The notes under the pieces were generated by a model that saw only the letters and a list, made by a program, of their open reading frames with translations, ran no database searches and had not been told where the DNA came from. Shown in pieces: positions 53,697 through 61,781 of a DNA stretch of 64,000 nt; the first letter of the stretch is position 1, and every line of letters begins with the position of its first letter. The stretch spans positions 1,268-65,267 of the forward strand of contig JAZOAI010000027.1 in the NCBI GenBank assembly GCA_045595365.1, written 5' to 3'. This DNA comes from Eubacteriales bacterium. GTDB taxonomy: Bacteria; Bacillota; Clostridia; Oscillospirales; JAAYXM01. The translations under genes were made by a program, and so were the position numbers.

Positions 53697-54692
53697 TTAC
53701 CCCATCTTCTTCACAGAATCGCGCACGACAAGCTGCATCGGAATAGAGTAGCTCTTAACGGGTTTTCCGCTGATCATCCGCCTGAGAAGCTCCATAGCAA
53801 CCGCGCCCATTTCCGTTTTGTCAATTTTTATTGTCGTGAGTTTCGGCTCAATATAGCGTGCGAGGAGAATATCGTCAATCCCTATAAGCGAAACGTCATC
53901 CGGAACGGAGAGGTTCATATCCTTGACACATCGCATAGCGCCGATAGCAAAGCTGTCAATCGCGCAGAGAATCGCAGTGGGGCGCCTCTCGCGCGAGAGA
54001 ATTTCCTTTGCGGCAAAGTATGCACTTTCCTCGTTATATGCCGTCTGCTCAACAAACTCCGGCAAAACGGCAATCGAGTTCTCTAAAAGCGCGTTTGCAA
54101 ATCCCTGCAGGGTTTGCTTATAAAAATCCGGAATAATGTTGGAAGAAAGGAGCGCTATGTCCTTATGTCCGTTTTCAATCAGATACGCCGTCGCGAGATA
54201 CGCCGCTTTTGTGTAATCCGCACTGACTGAAATAAGAGACGCATCGCTGTCGTGAGTATCAACGACAACAAATGGAATCCCGCTTGCAAGGGCTTTTTTC
54301 TTCATCGCCGGGGTTATATCCTGCATAAAAACAAGCCCGTCAACGTCCCCGGAATACACACTGTCCGGCAAATCACCGCGTTTAGGCTTGCTTATTACGA
54401 TATTATATCCATGCTTTGTGCTTTGGTTTAAAATACCGTTCATTATTTCAAAGTAGAACAAATCTTCAAACGGCGAGGAATACTGATTGACAATAAGGGT
54501 TATATTAAAGCTCTGATTCATCGCAAGCCTCTTTGAGTTGAGGCTCGGCTTAAACCCCGTTTCTTCAATAATATTTTGAATTTTCTTTCTTGTTTCCTCA
54601 CTAACGCCGGGCTTCTCATTCAAAACAAAAGACACTGCCGTGACAGATACGCCCGCCATTTTAGCGATTTCCTTAATCGTCAGCTTTTTCAT
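53697..54692 (-). CDS. LacI family transcriptional regulator
   Basis: The N-terminal HTH is TIKEIAKMAGVSVTAVSFVLN, followed by a periplasmic-binding-like sugar domain. Confidence 0.9.
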   Translation of the reverse strand: MKKLTIKEIAKMAGVSVTAVSFVLNEKPGVSEETRKKIQNIIEETGFKPSLNSKRLAMNQSFNITLIVNQYSSPFEDLFYFEIMNGILNQSTKHGYNIVISKPKRGDLPDSVYSGDVDGLVFMQDITPAMKKKALASGIPFVVVDTHDSDASLISVSADYTKAAYLATAYLIENGHKDIALLSSNIIPDFYKQTLQGFANALLENSIAVLPEFVEQTAYNEESAYFAAKEILSRERRPTAILCAIDSFAIGAMRCVKDMNLSVPDDVSLIGIDDILLARYIEPKLTTIKIDKTEMGAVAMELLRRMISGKPVKSYSIPMQLVVRDSVKKMG

Positions 54693-54716
54693 CTTATCCC
54701 CCGAAGGTTAATTATT

Positions 54717-54739
54717 TACTAAACTAATCCGTTTTAGTA
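54717..54739. promoter_or_regulatory. Operator-like inverted repeat upstream of the LacI-family gene
   Basis: TACTAAAC-N6-GTTTTAGTA shares the 10-mer CGTTTTAGTA with the 49601-49614 palindrome. It lies just downstream of a candidate -10 (minus-strand TATAAT at 54745-54750, with TTGCTT 17 nt upstream). Confidence 0.5.
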
Positions 54740-54810
54740 AATTAATTATACACAATTTTGCTCAAAAAAGCAACGTTTATTCTCATAATGCTTTTTATGG
54801 TTTCTACTAA

Positions 54811-54845
54811 ACAAAAATTAAAGCGGCGCGAATTTCTGCCGCTTT
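54811..54845 (-). terminator. gtrA terminator
   Basis: The stem aaagcggc/gccgcttt is followed by AATTTTTGTTT on the minus strand. Confidence 0.6.
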
Positions 54846-54852
54846 AATAACT

Positions 54853-55260
54853 TTACTTTGTATCTATACTTTTTCCGAAAACGAAAAATCTCTGATATAA
54901 AAACTCCGTTATAAAATTCAGAAGCATATTAAGCGCTGTGACGAGATATTCATTCCAGAAAAGAGTCTCAACCAGATAATCTCCGAGGATTGTTGAAAGC
55001 GGTGTGAATACCACATAAAACGCGAAAGTCTTTGCCATCGCAACAGGAACATTTGAGGCTGACTTGAAAGTAAAATTGCGGTTGAGCGTAAAATTCCAAA
55101 CAACCGACAAAACAAGCGCCGCAAGGTAACAAACCCAGTAATTCCACTTAAACACCTCGTTAAACAGCGCGAAGCTCGCCATTTGAATTACTCCTGCGCT
55201 GATCGAAAACAGAACAAACTTAAAAGCGCGGGTAAATTCCTTTGAATTATCCTTAAACAT
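54853..55260 (-). CDS. GtrA family membrane protein
   Basis: It has 4 TM segments and the GtrA-like pattern FVLFSISAGVIQ...LNRNFTF. I chose the ATG at 55260 (RBS GAGGA); the track start at 55323 is a TTG. Confidence 0.75.
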   Translation of the reverse strand: MFKDNSKEFTRAFKFVLFSISAGVIQMASFALFNEVFKWNYWVCYLAALVLSVVWNFTLNRNFTFKSASNVPVAMAKTFAFYVVFTPLSTILGDYLVETLFWNEYLVTALNMLLNFITEFLYQRFFVFGKSIDTK

Positions 55261-55350
55261 CGTTCTCATCCTCATCCCATAAATATTTAGATTAATTTTA
55301 ACAAACATAAACTCCCTTGTCAACAGAGATAAATTTACGCCCGTTATGTC

Positions 55351-55379
55351 TTGACTAAGATTATTTGCTTTGATATAAT
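55351..55379 (+). promoter_or_regulatory. Sigma-A promoter for pyrR
   Basis: TTGACT, a 17-nt spacer and TATAAT. Confidence 0.7.
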
Positions 55380-55410
55380 GACCTTATCTTTGCAGTAAAT
55401 GGAGTTTCTT

Positions 55411-55947
55411 ATGGAATTTAAAGCTAAAATAATGGATGAAGCGAGCCTTCACCGTTCTGTTGCACGAATAACTCACGAAATCATAGAAAAAAACCGCGGT
55501 GCGGAGGGCATCTGCCTTCTCGGCGTAAAAAGGCGCGGGATTCCCCTTGCAAAAATGCTTAGGGATAACATCAAGAAATTTGAAGGTGTCGATGTTCCCA
55601 TAGGGCATACGGACATTACCTTATACCGCGATGACCTTTCGGAATCCGACCCTCTCCCTTCCTCGGAGGGCTGTGAAATCCCGTGTGACATTACCAACTA
55701 CAACATAATCATCGTTGATGACGTTATATACACAGGCAGAACCGCGCGTGCCGCGATTGAATCCGTCTTTAAGTTCGGGCGGCCCAAGTCAATCCAGCTC
55801 GCCGTTCTCATAGACCGAGGTCACCGCGAGCTTCCTATTCGCCCCGATTTTGTCGGCAAGAACATTCCGACTTCTAAAAACGAGCTTGTTTCCGTTCTCC
55901 TTGAGGAGATTGACGGTGAAACGGGAGTTTGTTTATACAGCATATAA
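55411..55947 (+). CDS. pyrR: Bifunctional pyrimidine operon regulator / uracil phosphoribosyltransferase PyrR
   Basis: It has the PRPP motif IIIVDDVIYTGRT, plus ITHEIIE and GVKRRG. I chose the ATG at 55411, 6 nt after GGAG. Confidence 0.9.
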   Translation: MEFKAKIMDEASLHRSVARITHEIIEKNRGAEGICLLGVKRRGIPLAKMLRDNIKKFEGVDVPIGHTDITLYRDDLSESDPLPSSEGCEIPCDITNYNIIIVDDVIYTGRTARAAIESVFKFGRPKSIQLAVLIDRGHRELPIRPDFVGKNIPTSKNELVSVLLEEIDGETGVCLYSI

Positions 55948-55980
55948 AAAACAGGATGCCGTATGGCATCCTGTTTTCTT
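55946..55980. terminator. Bidirectional terminator between pyrR and thrS
   Basis: The stem aacaggatgcc/ggcatcctgtt is flanked by AAAAA and TTTCTT. Confidence 0.75.
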
Positions 55981-55984
55981 ATTC

Positions 55985-57748
55985 TTATACTCTTTCTTTG
56001 ATTTCGCGTGTAATCTTTTCTACAAACTCGGAAAGCGTCATTGTTTCGTTTTGTGCAGTGTCGCGGTATCGGACTGAAACGGTTCCGTTCTCTACCTCCT
56101 GCTGACCAATGATTACCATATACGGAACGCGGCCGACAGTCTGCGCTTCACGAATCATATAACCGATTTTCTCATTTCTGTTATCCATCTCAACACGGAC
56201 ACCTGCACGGCGAAGCGTCTCGAAAACTTCCTTGCCGTACTCTGCGCTCTTTTCTGAAACAAGGAGAACCTTAGCCTGAGTCGGTGCAAGCCATACGGGA
56301 TACTTTCCTGCAAAATGCTCGGTGAGGATACCTATAAATCTCTCTATTGAGCCGAAGCAAACGCGATGAATCATAATCGGGCGCTGCTTTTCGCCGTTTT
56401 CGTCAATATACTCAAGCTCAAAATTGAGCGGCATCTGGAAGTCAAGCTGGATAGTTCCGCACTGCCAGGTTCTTCCGAGAGAATCCTCGAGGTGGAAGTC
56501 TATCTTCGGGCCGTAGAAGGCGCCGTCGCCCTCGTTGATTGTGTACGGCAATCCAAGCTTTTCAAGCGCACCCTGAAGCCCGCTTGTCGCTGCTTCCCAG
56601 TCCTCATCGCTTCCCATGCTGTCTTCAGGGCGGGTCGAAAGCTCAACGGAATATTTGAACCCGAACTTGCTGTAAACCTCGTTGATAAGGTCAACAACTC
56701 CGACGATTTCGTCAGTTATCTGCTCGCGGCGCATAAAGATGTGCGCATCATCCTGAGTGAAGCAACGAACGCGGAAGAGGCCGTGCAATGCGCCGCGAAG
56801 CTCGTGGCGGTGGACAAGCCCAAGCTCTCCCATGCGAATCGGAAGGTCACGATAGCTGTGCGGCTGTGAGCGGTAAACCATAACCCCGCCCGGGCAGTTC
56901 ATCGGCTTAACGCAGAAGGTTTCCTCATCTATCGTCGTTGAATACATATTGTCTTTGTAGTGGTCCCAGTGCCCGCTCGTCTCCCAGAGGTGACGGTTCA
57001 TAATGAGCGGGGTCGAAACCTCTACATAGTTGTTGCGTGTATGAAGCTCGCGCCAATAGTCGATAAGCGTATTCTTAAGAAGCATACCCTTCGGAAGGAA
57101 GAACGGGAAACCCGGAGCCTCGTCAGCAAACATAAACAGCCCCATTTCCTTGCCTATGCGGCGGTGGTCGCGCCTTTCAGCCTCTTCAAGAAGCTTGAGA
57201 TAATCTTCACGCTCCTGCTGCGATGAAAACGCGATTCCCTTGACGCGTGTGAGCATCTTGTTGTTCTTGTCGTTTTTCCAGTATGCACCTGACTGGTCAG
57301 TAATCTTAAACGCCTTAAGCGCCTTTGTGTAGCAGAGGTGCGGGCCTACGCACATATCTATATAATCGCCCTGCTGATAGAAGCTAATCTCAGCATCCTC
57401 AGGCAGGTCCCCGATATGCTCAACCTTATATTTCTCGCCGCGGCTCTCCATAAGAGCGATAGCTTTATCCCTCGGGAGAACGTACGGCTTTATCGGGAGA
57501 TTCTCCTTAACGATTTTGCGCATCTCCTGCTCTATCTTCTGCAAATCCTCGTCTGTAAGCTTTTCATCGCCGAGGTCGACATCATAATAGAAGCCCTTGT
57601 CAGTAGCAGGGCCGTATGCAAAGTGTGCATTCGGATAAAGCCTTGCTATCGCCTGAGCCATAATATGAGCTGCAGAATGGCGAAGAACGTGAAGTTCTTC
57701 CTCCTTCGGGCATTCGCCCACTGTTCCGTTGCTGTAAATTACTTTCAT
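55985..57748 (-). CDS. thrS: Threonine--tRNA ligase (short form lacking the N-terminal TGS domain)
   Basis: It has the class II motifs, the editing-domain HSAAH at residues ~24-28, and an anticodon-binding C-terminus. 587 aa. Confidence 0.9.
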   Translation of the reverse strand: MKVIYSNGTVGECPKEEELHVLRHSAAHIMAQAIARLYPNAHFAYGPATDKGFYYDVDLGDEKLTDEDLQKIEQEMRKIVKENLPIKPYVLPRDKAIALMESRGEKYKVEHIGDLPEDAEISFYQQGDYIDMCVGPHLCYTKALKAFKITDQSGAYWKNDKNNKMLTRVKGIAFSSQQEREDYLKLLEEAERRDHRRIGKEMGLFMFADEAPGFPFFLPKGMLLKNTLIDYWRELHTRNNYVEVSTPLIMNRHLWETSGHWDHYKDNMYSTTIDEETFCVKPMNCPGGVMVYRSQPHSYRDLPIRMGELGLVHRHELRGALHGLFRVRCFTQDDAHIFMRREQITDEIVGVVDLINEVYSKFGFKYSVELSTRPEDSMGSDEDWEAATSGLQGALEKLGLPYTINEGDGAFYGPKIDFHLEDSLGRTWQCGTIQLDFQMPLNFELEYIDENGEKQRPIMIHRVCFGSIERFIGILTEHFAGKYPVWLAPTQAKVLLVSEKSAEYGKEVFETLRRAGVRVEMDNRNEKIGYMIREAQTVGRVPYMVIIGQQEVENGTVSVRYRDTAQNETMTLSEFVEKITREIKERV

Positions 57749-57821
57749 ATTTTATACCCTCTTTCGGATAGTGAATCATTTGCTGATAATAACGAACACA
57801 ATTCGCCATTATTCACATTAC

Positions 57822-57851
57822 ATTGTATAATAAAAACAGGCTGATTGTCAA
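57822..57851 (-). promoter_or_regulatory. Candidate sigma-A promoter for thrS
   Basis: On the minus strand TTGACA, an 18-nt spacer and TACAAT lie ~75 nt upstream of the ATG. Confidence 0.5.
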
Positions 57852-57865
57852 TGCTTTTGTCAATT

Positions 57866-57904
57866 TAAAAAAGAAAAAGTCGGCTTTCTTTTCAGAAAAC
57901 CGAC
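57866..57904 (-). terminator. Terminator after tRNA-Arg
   Basis: An 11-bp stem agtcggttttc/gaaagccgact (one G-U) is followed by TTTTTCTTTTTT on the minus strand. Confidence 0.7.
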
Positions 57905-57981
57905 TGGCGCGCTGTGGAGAATTCGAATCCCCGACCTTGTGGTCCGTAGCCACACGCTCTATCCAGCTGAGCTAACAGCGC
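57905..57981 (-). tRNA. tRNA-Arg (anticodon ACG), CCA encoded
   Basis: The minus strand reads gcgctgt-ta-gctcagctggatagagc-g-tgtgg-ctACGga-ccaca-aggtc-ggggattcgaattctcc-acagcgc-g-cca, which folds by hand into a cloverleaf. Confidence 0.9.
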
Positions 57982-58004
57982 ATATCGTATTCGACAGCTT
58001 TACT

Positions 58005-58033
58005 ATAATATCATATAGCAAATAAAATTGCAA
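58005..58033 (-). promoter_or_regulatory. Sigma-A promoter for tRNA-Arg
   Basis: On the minus strand TTGCAA, a 17-nt spacer and TATTAT lie ~24 nt upstream of the tRNA 5' end. Confidence 0.6.
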
Positions 58034-58113
58034 GCACTTTTTTCAAATTTTAACAAAAATTTTTCTCGCCTATTTGCCCTGTTATATGTTATAATAATAT
58101 CAGGTGATTATCT

Positions 58114-59601
58114 ATGAAATATGAAATCACGATATATACCGAAAATAAAAAAGAAGTTCTTTGTGCAGAAGAAGGGGTAAGCCTTCATTCGCTCCTTTCA
58201 GATTCCGGTTATCCGCTCTCCTCTCCCTGTGGCGGTAACGGCAGGTGCGGAAAATGCAAGGTTTTCGCTTCGGGAGACTTTCTCCCGCCGTACGGGAAAG
58301 TTTCGGATGTACGCGAAATTCAAGCTTGCAAGGCCTTCCCTTCAGGAAGCTGCCACGTGCATTTAAACGCCAACTCCCATTTCTCATCCGAAGCATTGTC
58401 TGACATCCCCGCCTCCGGAAACCTCGGAATCGCTTTTGATGTAGGGACAACCTCCATCTCTGCCGTGCTCTGCACCCTTGATGAAAAGCGAGAGCTTTCC
58501 TCCCTCACCTGCAAAAATGCTCAGGCGGCCTTTGGTGCAGATATCGTCACCCGCATTTCGCAGGATGCAAAAAAGCTTTCTTCCGTTCTCGTTGCTCAAA
58601 TAAATTCGATAACCGAAAAGCTCTGCCCTGATACATCGCGCATTTCAAAGCTCACTTTCTCGGCAAACACAGTTATGTCGCATTATATCGCCGGGATTTC
58701 GCCCGAGGGGCTTGCATCATTTCCTTTGACACCTGCGGATACATTTGGCAAAACATATTCCGCAAAAGAGCTTGGTTTCGTTGCAGACAAAGCCGATGTA
58801 TATATCTTCCCTTCTCTCGCCTCTTTTGTAGGTGGAGACATAAGCTCAGGGCTTTTCTCGTTAAATCTTCCCGCCACGGGCGCGACAACTCTCCTTATTG
58901 ACATCGGAACAAACGGAGAAATGGCGCTTTGCAAAAACGGCAGAATTTTTGTTGCTTCTGCCGCCGCCGGCCCTGCCTTTGAAGGTGGAGAGCTTTCCTG
59001 CGGGATGCCGGCCGAGCCCGGCGCCGTTACAGGGTTTGACGTGGCTTCTTTCACAACAGTCGGAAATCTCCCTCCGCGCGGAATCGCAGGGAGTGGCGCA
59101 ATAGATCTCCTCGCTCAGCTTTCCTCAATCGGAGTTATCGACAAGGGAGGGCGGCTTCTCCCTCCCGACGAAGCTCCTTTCTTCAGGGAGCGGCTTTCAT
59201 TTTCGGATGGAGAAGTAGTTTTTTCAATTTCAGGAAACGTATTTCTCTCTGCGACCGACATCAGAAAGCTTCAGCTTGCAAAGGCAGCGATAAGAGCCGC
59301 GCTTTCCCTTCTTCTCATACGGAGTGAAACGACAATTTGCGAAATTGATTCAGTATACATAGCAGGTGCTTTTGCGTCTTCTGTAAACCCGGAAAACGCT
59401 GCTAAAGCAGGGCTTATCCCACCTGAGCTTCTCCCCGTATGCATCCCTGTAGGAAACGCCTCGCTTGACGGTGCCTGCAAAGCGCTATATGATAATAATT
59501 CACTTTCAAAACTTATAGCACTTCAAAAAAACACAACACACATAGAACTCTCCGGAGATTCTGACTTTGAAGACGAGTTTTTAAAACACATTCATATGTA
59601 A
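58114..59601 (+). CDS. 2Fe-2S ferredoxin domain / ASKHA (DUF4445) protein, similar to the corrinoid activation-regeneration protein RACo
   Basis: The N-terminus has the plant-type ferredoxin motif CGGNGRCGKCKV. The remainder has ASKHA-like DVGTTS and IDIGTNGE phosphate motifs. Confidence 0.7.
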   Translation: MKYEITIYTENKKEVLCAEEGVSLHSLLSDSGYPLSSPCGGNGRCGKCKVFASGDFLPPYGKVSDVREIQACKAFPSGSCHVHLNANSHFSSEALSDIPASGNLGIAFDVGTTSISAVLCTLDEKRELSSLTCKNAQAAFGADIVTRISQDAKKLSSVLVAQINSITEKLCPDTSRISKLTFSANTVMSHYIAGISPEGLASFPLTPADTFGKTYSAKELGFVADKADVYIFPSLASFVGGDISSGLFSLNLPATGATTLLIDIGTNGEMALCKNGRIFVASAAAGPAFEGGELSCGMPAEPGAVTGFDVASFTTVGNLPPRGIAGSGAIDLLAQLSSIGVIDKGGRLLPPDEAPFFRERLSFSDGEVVFSISGNVFLSATDIRKLQLAKAAIRAALSLLLIRSETTICEIDSVYIAGAFASSVNPENAAKAGLIPPELLPVCIPVGNASLDGACKALYDNNSLSKLIALQKNTTHIELSGDSDFEDEFLKHIHM

Positions 59602-59650
59602 AAGGCGGGGTGTTCCCCGCCTCGGGCATAAGGCATATAACTTTTTATGC

Positions 59651-59821
59651 CTACAGAATTGATTGCAGGCTGTCAATCACGCTTCCCGCGCTTTTTAGAA
59701 CTTTTCCCACGCTGTGCTTCATGCATTTGCAGCTTTTGCTCTTTTTCGGAGTTATGACTGCTGCAAGAGTTCCGCCAACAATCAATCCTGCTGTCATCCC
59801 CTTCCAAAAGGGCGTCATCAT
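59651..59821 (-). CDS. Small membrane protein (56 aa), hypothetical
   Basis: The translation is MMTPFWKGMTAGLIVGGTLAAVITPKKSKSCKCMKHSVGKVLKSAGSVIDSLQSIL. RBS-like GGGAAG lies 7 nt upstream. It is followed by the hairpin ggcggggaacaccccgcc plus TTTT. It falls below the track cutoff. Confidence 0.4.
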   Translation of the reverse strand: MMTPFWKGMTAGLIVGGTLAAVITPKKSKSCKCMKHSVGKVLKSAGSVIDSLQSIL

Positions 59822-59914
59822 AATACCACTTCCCTTACAGTAATATTATCTCCAAAACTTCGCGGGCCTTTCGCGGTAGTTTGTGGAAAAACATTTTTTA
59901 AGGAGACATACCAT

Positions 59915-60490
59915 ATGAAAAAACTTATCCCTCTTGTTCTCGCGCTTGTTCTGCTTCTCTCCTCTTGCATTTCATCAGAGGTGGACAGAGTTCCCGACAT
60001 CCCCGATGAATCACTTCCCGCTCCCCAGACTGTGGAGGAGCTCTATTCTCTCTACGATGCAGTAGGACAGGATATGCCGAAATCCGAGCTTGACTTGCTC
60101 TACGGCGAACCCACTCCGTCCTATGATGACTTTGGAGATGTAAAGTTCTATACATACTTTAACGCTTCAAAGTCTGCAGGGGTTTCGGTAATTTTTGACA
60201 TTGATGAAAAGCTTTCAACCAAAATGCTTTTCTTCAACACAAAGAAGAACCTTATCCCCTTTTCAGGAAGCTACATTAACGAGAAAATTCCGCTTATAAA
60301 AACTGATATGTCGGTGGATTCCGCAATAAAAGAAATGGGTTCTGTTCCACTCGAGCTTTCGTGTCAGTACACAAGCGACGGCCCTGACAACACAAAGAAC
60401 ATATACTGCTGGTACAATGAAGACGGCTCGAATTTTATGATTCACACAAGCCGCGGCCTCATCGAAAATGTCGCACTCTACCGCGACTGA
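59915..60490 (+). CDS. Lipoprotein, function unknown (191 aa)
   Basis: ATG at 59915 has RBS AAGGAGA. The signal peptide and lipobox read MKKLIPLVLALVLLLSSC. The track ORF start at 59714 is an upstream GTG with no RBS. Confidence 0.75.
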   Translation: MKKLIPLVLALVLLLSSCISSEVDRVPDIPDESLPAPQTVEELYSLYDAVGQDMPKSELDLLYGEPTPSYDDFGDVKFYTYFNASKSAGVSVIFDIDEKLSTKMLFFNTKKNLIPFSGSYINEKIPLIKTDMSVDSAIKEMGSVPLELSCQYTSDGPDNTKNIYCWYNEDGSNFMIHTSRGLIENVALYRD

Positions 60491-60522
60491 AAAAATACAT
60501 AAACAAAAAGGGGATTAAGAAA

Positions 60523-60951
60523 ATGAAAAAAATCAAATTTATTTCTGAGTTCAAGGAGTTTATCTCCCGCGGAAACGTAATCGATATGGCAATAGGCGTT
60601 GTCGTCGGTGGCGCATTCAAGAGCATTGTTGATTCGCTCGTAAACGACATTATAATGCCGGTTGTCGGCTTCCTTATAGGCGGGCTTGATTTTTCAAGCT
60701 ATGCCTTAAAGCTTTCATCAACCATCGCCGATGACGGAACTGAGGTCGTAAACGCCATACTGTACGGAAAATTTATAAACAGCATCATAAGCTTTCTCAT
60801 CATCGCCTTCTGCCTTTTCCTCACTGTTAAGGTCATAAACAGCTTCCACAGAAAGCAAGAGGAAACCCCTGAGCCGCCCGCACCTGCAGCTCCGTCTGCA
60901 GAGGAGGCTCTCCTTGCCGAGATCCGCGACCTTCTCAAAGAAGGCAAATAA
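60523..60951 (+). CDS. mscL: Large-conductance mechanosensitive channel
   Basis: The motif EFKEFISRGNVIDMAIGVVVGGAF..IV.SLV.DIIMP is present. Confidence 0.95.
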   Translation: MKKIKFISEFKEFISRGNVIDMAIGVVVGGAFKSIVDSLVNDIIMPVVGFLIGGLDFSSYALKLSSTIADDGTEVVNAILYGKFINSIISFLIIAFCLFLTVKVINSFHRKQEETPEPPAPAAPSAEEALLAEIRDLLKEGK

Positions 60952-60993
60952 GTCTCTTAAAATTCCGGCTCGTGCGACAAAATTCTTTTTTTG

Positions 60994-61022
60994 TTGCATG
61001 AGCCCCTTTTTTGTGGTATACT
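60994..61022 (+). promoter_or_regulatory. Sigma-A promoter for the THF riboswitch-folT transcript
   Basis: TTGCAT, a 17-nt spacer and TATACT, with TG one base upstream of the -10. Confidence 0.6.
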
Positions 61023-61039
61023 GTTTTTGTCACAAAAAG

Positions 61040-61139
61040 GCAGAGTAGGAAATATCGGGCCAGTGCCGTGCGAACGGGGAGTTGTCGCACAGACGAATTG
61101 CGCAAGCTGCGCTACCGTGGTATTTCCGCATCCCGCTGC
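61040..61139 (+). promoter_or_regulatory. THF (tetrahydrofolate, folT-motif) riboswitch aptamer
   Basis: GCAGAGTAGG...GCGAACGGGGAGTTGTCGCACAGACGAA...CCGCATCCCGCTGC matches the recalled THF-I consensus (AGAGUAG, GAAUGGGAUGUCG..CAC..ACGAAG, GCAUCCGCU). P1 pairs gcag with ctgc. It lies directly upstream of folT. Confidence 0.85.
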
Positions 61140-61204
61140 TCTTAACCTCAGCTTGCTGTCCTCTTTGTGGTCAAAATTTTCAACTCACAAGGAGGACTAT
61201 AATA

Positions 61205-61753
61205 ATGTCAAACCGCATAAAATCTTCAGCAAGAGAGCTGAAAAACACCCGCTCTCTCGTCACCTGCGCTGTCCTTATAGCGTTGTATGTAATCGCAGAT
61301 GTTTTTCTCACATTCAAAACTGATGCATTTGAGATCACCACTTCTTTCCTCGCGCTTGCGCTCATAGGTTATTTCTTCGGTCCGGTTCCCGGTTTTATTT
61401 CTGCAATCGTCGGTGACCTCGTCGCATATATTTTTCGCCCTGCAGGCCCGTTTTATCCGGGTTTTACACTTTCTGCAATTTTAATCTGCGTTATCTTCGC
61501 CTTCTTTTTTTACGAAAAAAAGGTTACCCTCTGGCGCATTATTCTGGCAAGGAGCATAATAAACATATTTGTCAATATAGGCCTTGGCACACTCTGGATT
61601 TCCCATCTCTATGGCAAGGCATATATTCCTCTTCTGATTTCGCGCGCTGCCAAAAACATAATTGCACTTCCCTTTGAAATTTTGCTTTTATACCTTCTTC
61701 TTAAGAATATCGAAAAAATAATGAAGCATACCGGCGGCAAGAGCCGCATATAG
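61205..61753 (+). CDS. folT: Folate family ECF transporter S component
   Basis: ATG at 61205 follows AAGGAGG. It is a ~180-aa 6-TM protein controlled by a THF riboswitch. The track ORF start at 61082 lies inside the riboswitch. Confidence 0.8.
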   Translation: MSNRIKSSARELKNTRSLVTCAVLIALYVIADVFLTFKTDAFEITTSFLALALIGYFFGPVPGFISAIVGDLVAYIFRPAGPFYPGFTLSAILICVIFAFFFYEKKVTLWRIILARSIINIFVNIGLGTLWISHLYGKAYIPLLISRAAKNIIALPFEILLLYLLLKNIEKIMKHTGGKSRI

Positions 61754-61781
61754 TTAATATCTTATATCGGAGTTGATTTTT

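Noticed and set aside
55324-55410. PyrR-binding attenuator loop in the pyrR leader.
   Set aside because: The leader is ~30 nt and lacks the conserved PyrR-binding hairpin sequence. pyrR appears monocistronic, with its own terminator.
57749-57905. T-box leader upstream of thrS.
   Set aside because: The region is short (~150 nt up to the tRNA terminator). I could find no conserved T-box sequence and no specifier-loop or antiterminator arrangement.
59610-59914. Track ORFs 59610..59843 and the N-terminal extension of 59714..60490.
   Set aside because: Both use non-ATG starts without an RBS. The lipoprotein has a clear RBS plus ATG at 59915 followed by a signal peptide and lipobox.
60991-61204. 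Track ORFs 60991..61323 and the N-terminal extension of 61082..61753.
   Set aside because: They overlap the promoter and the THF riboswitch. folT has AAGGAGG plus ATG at 61205.
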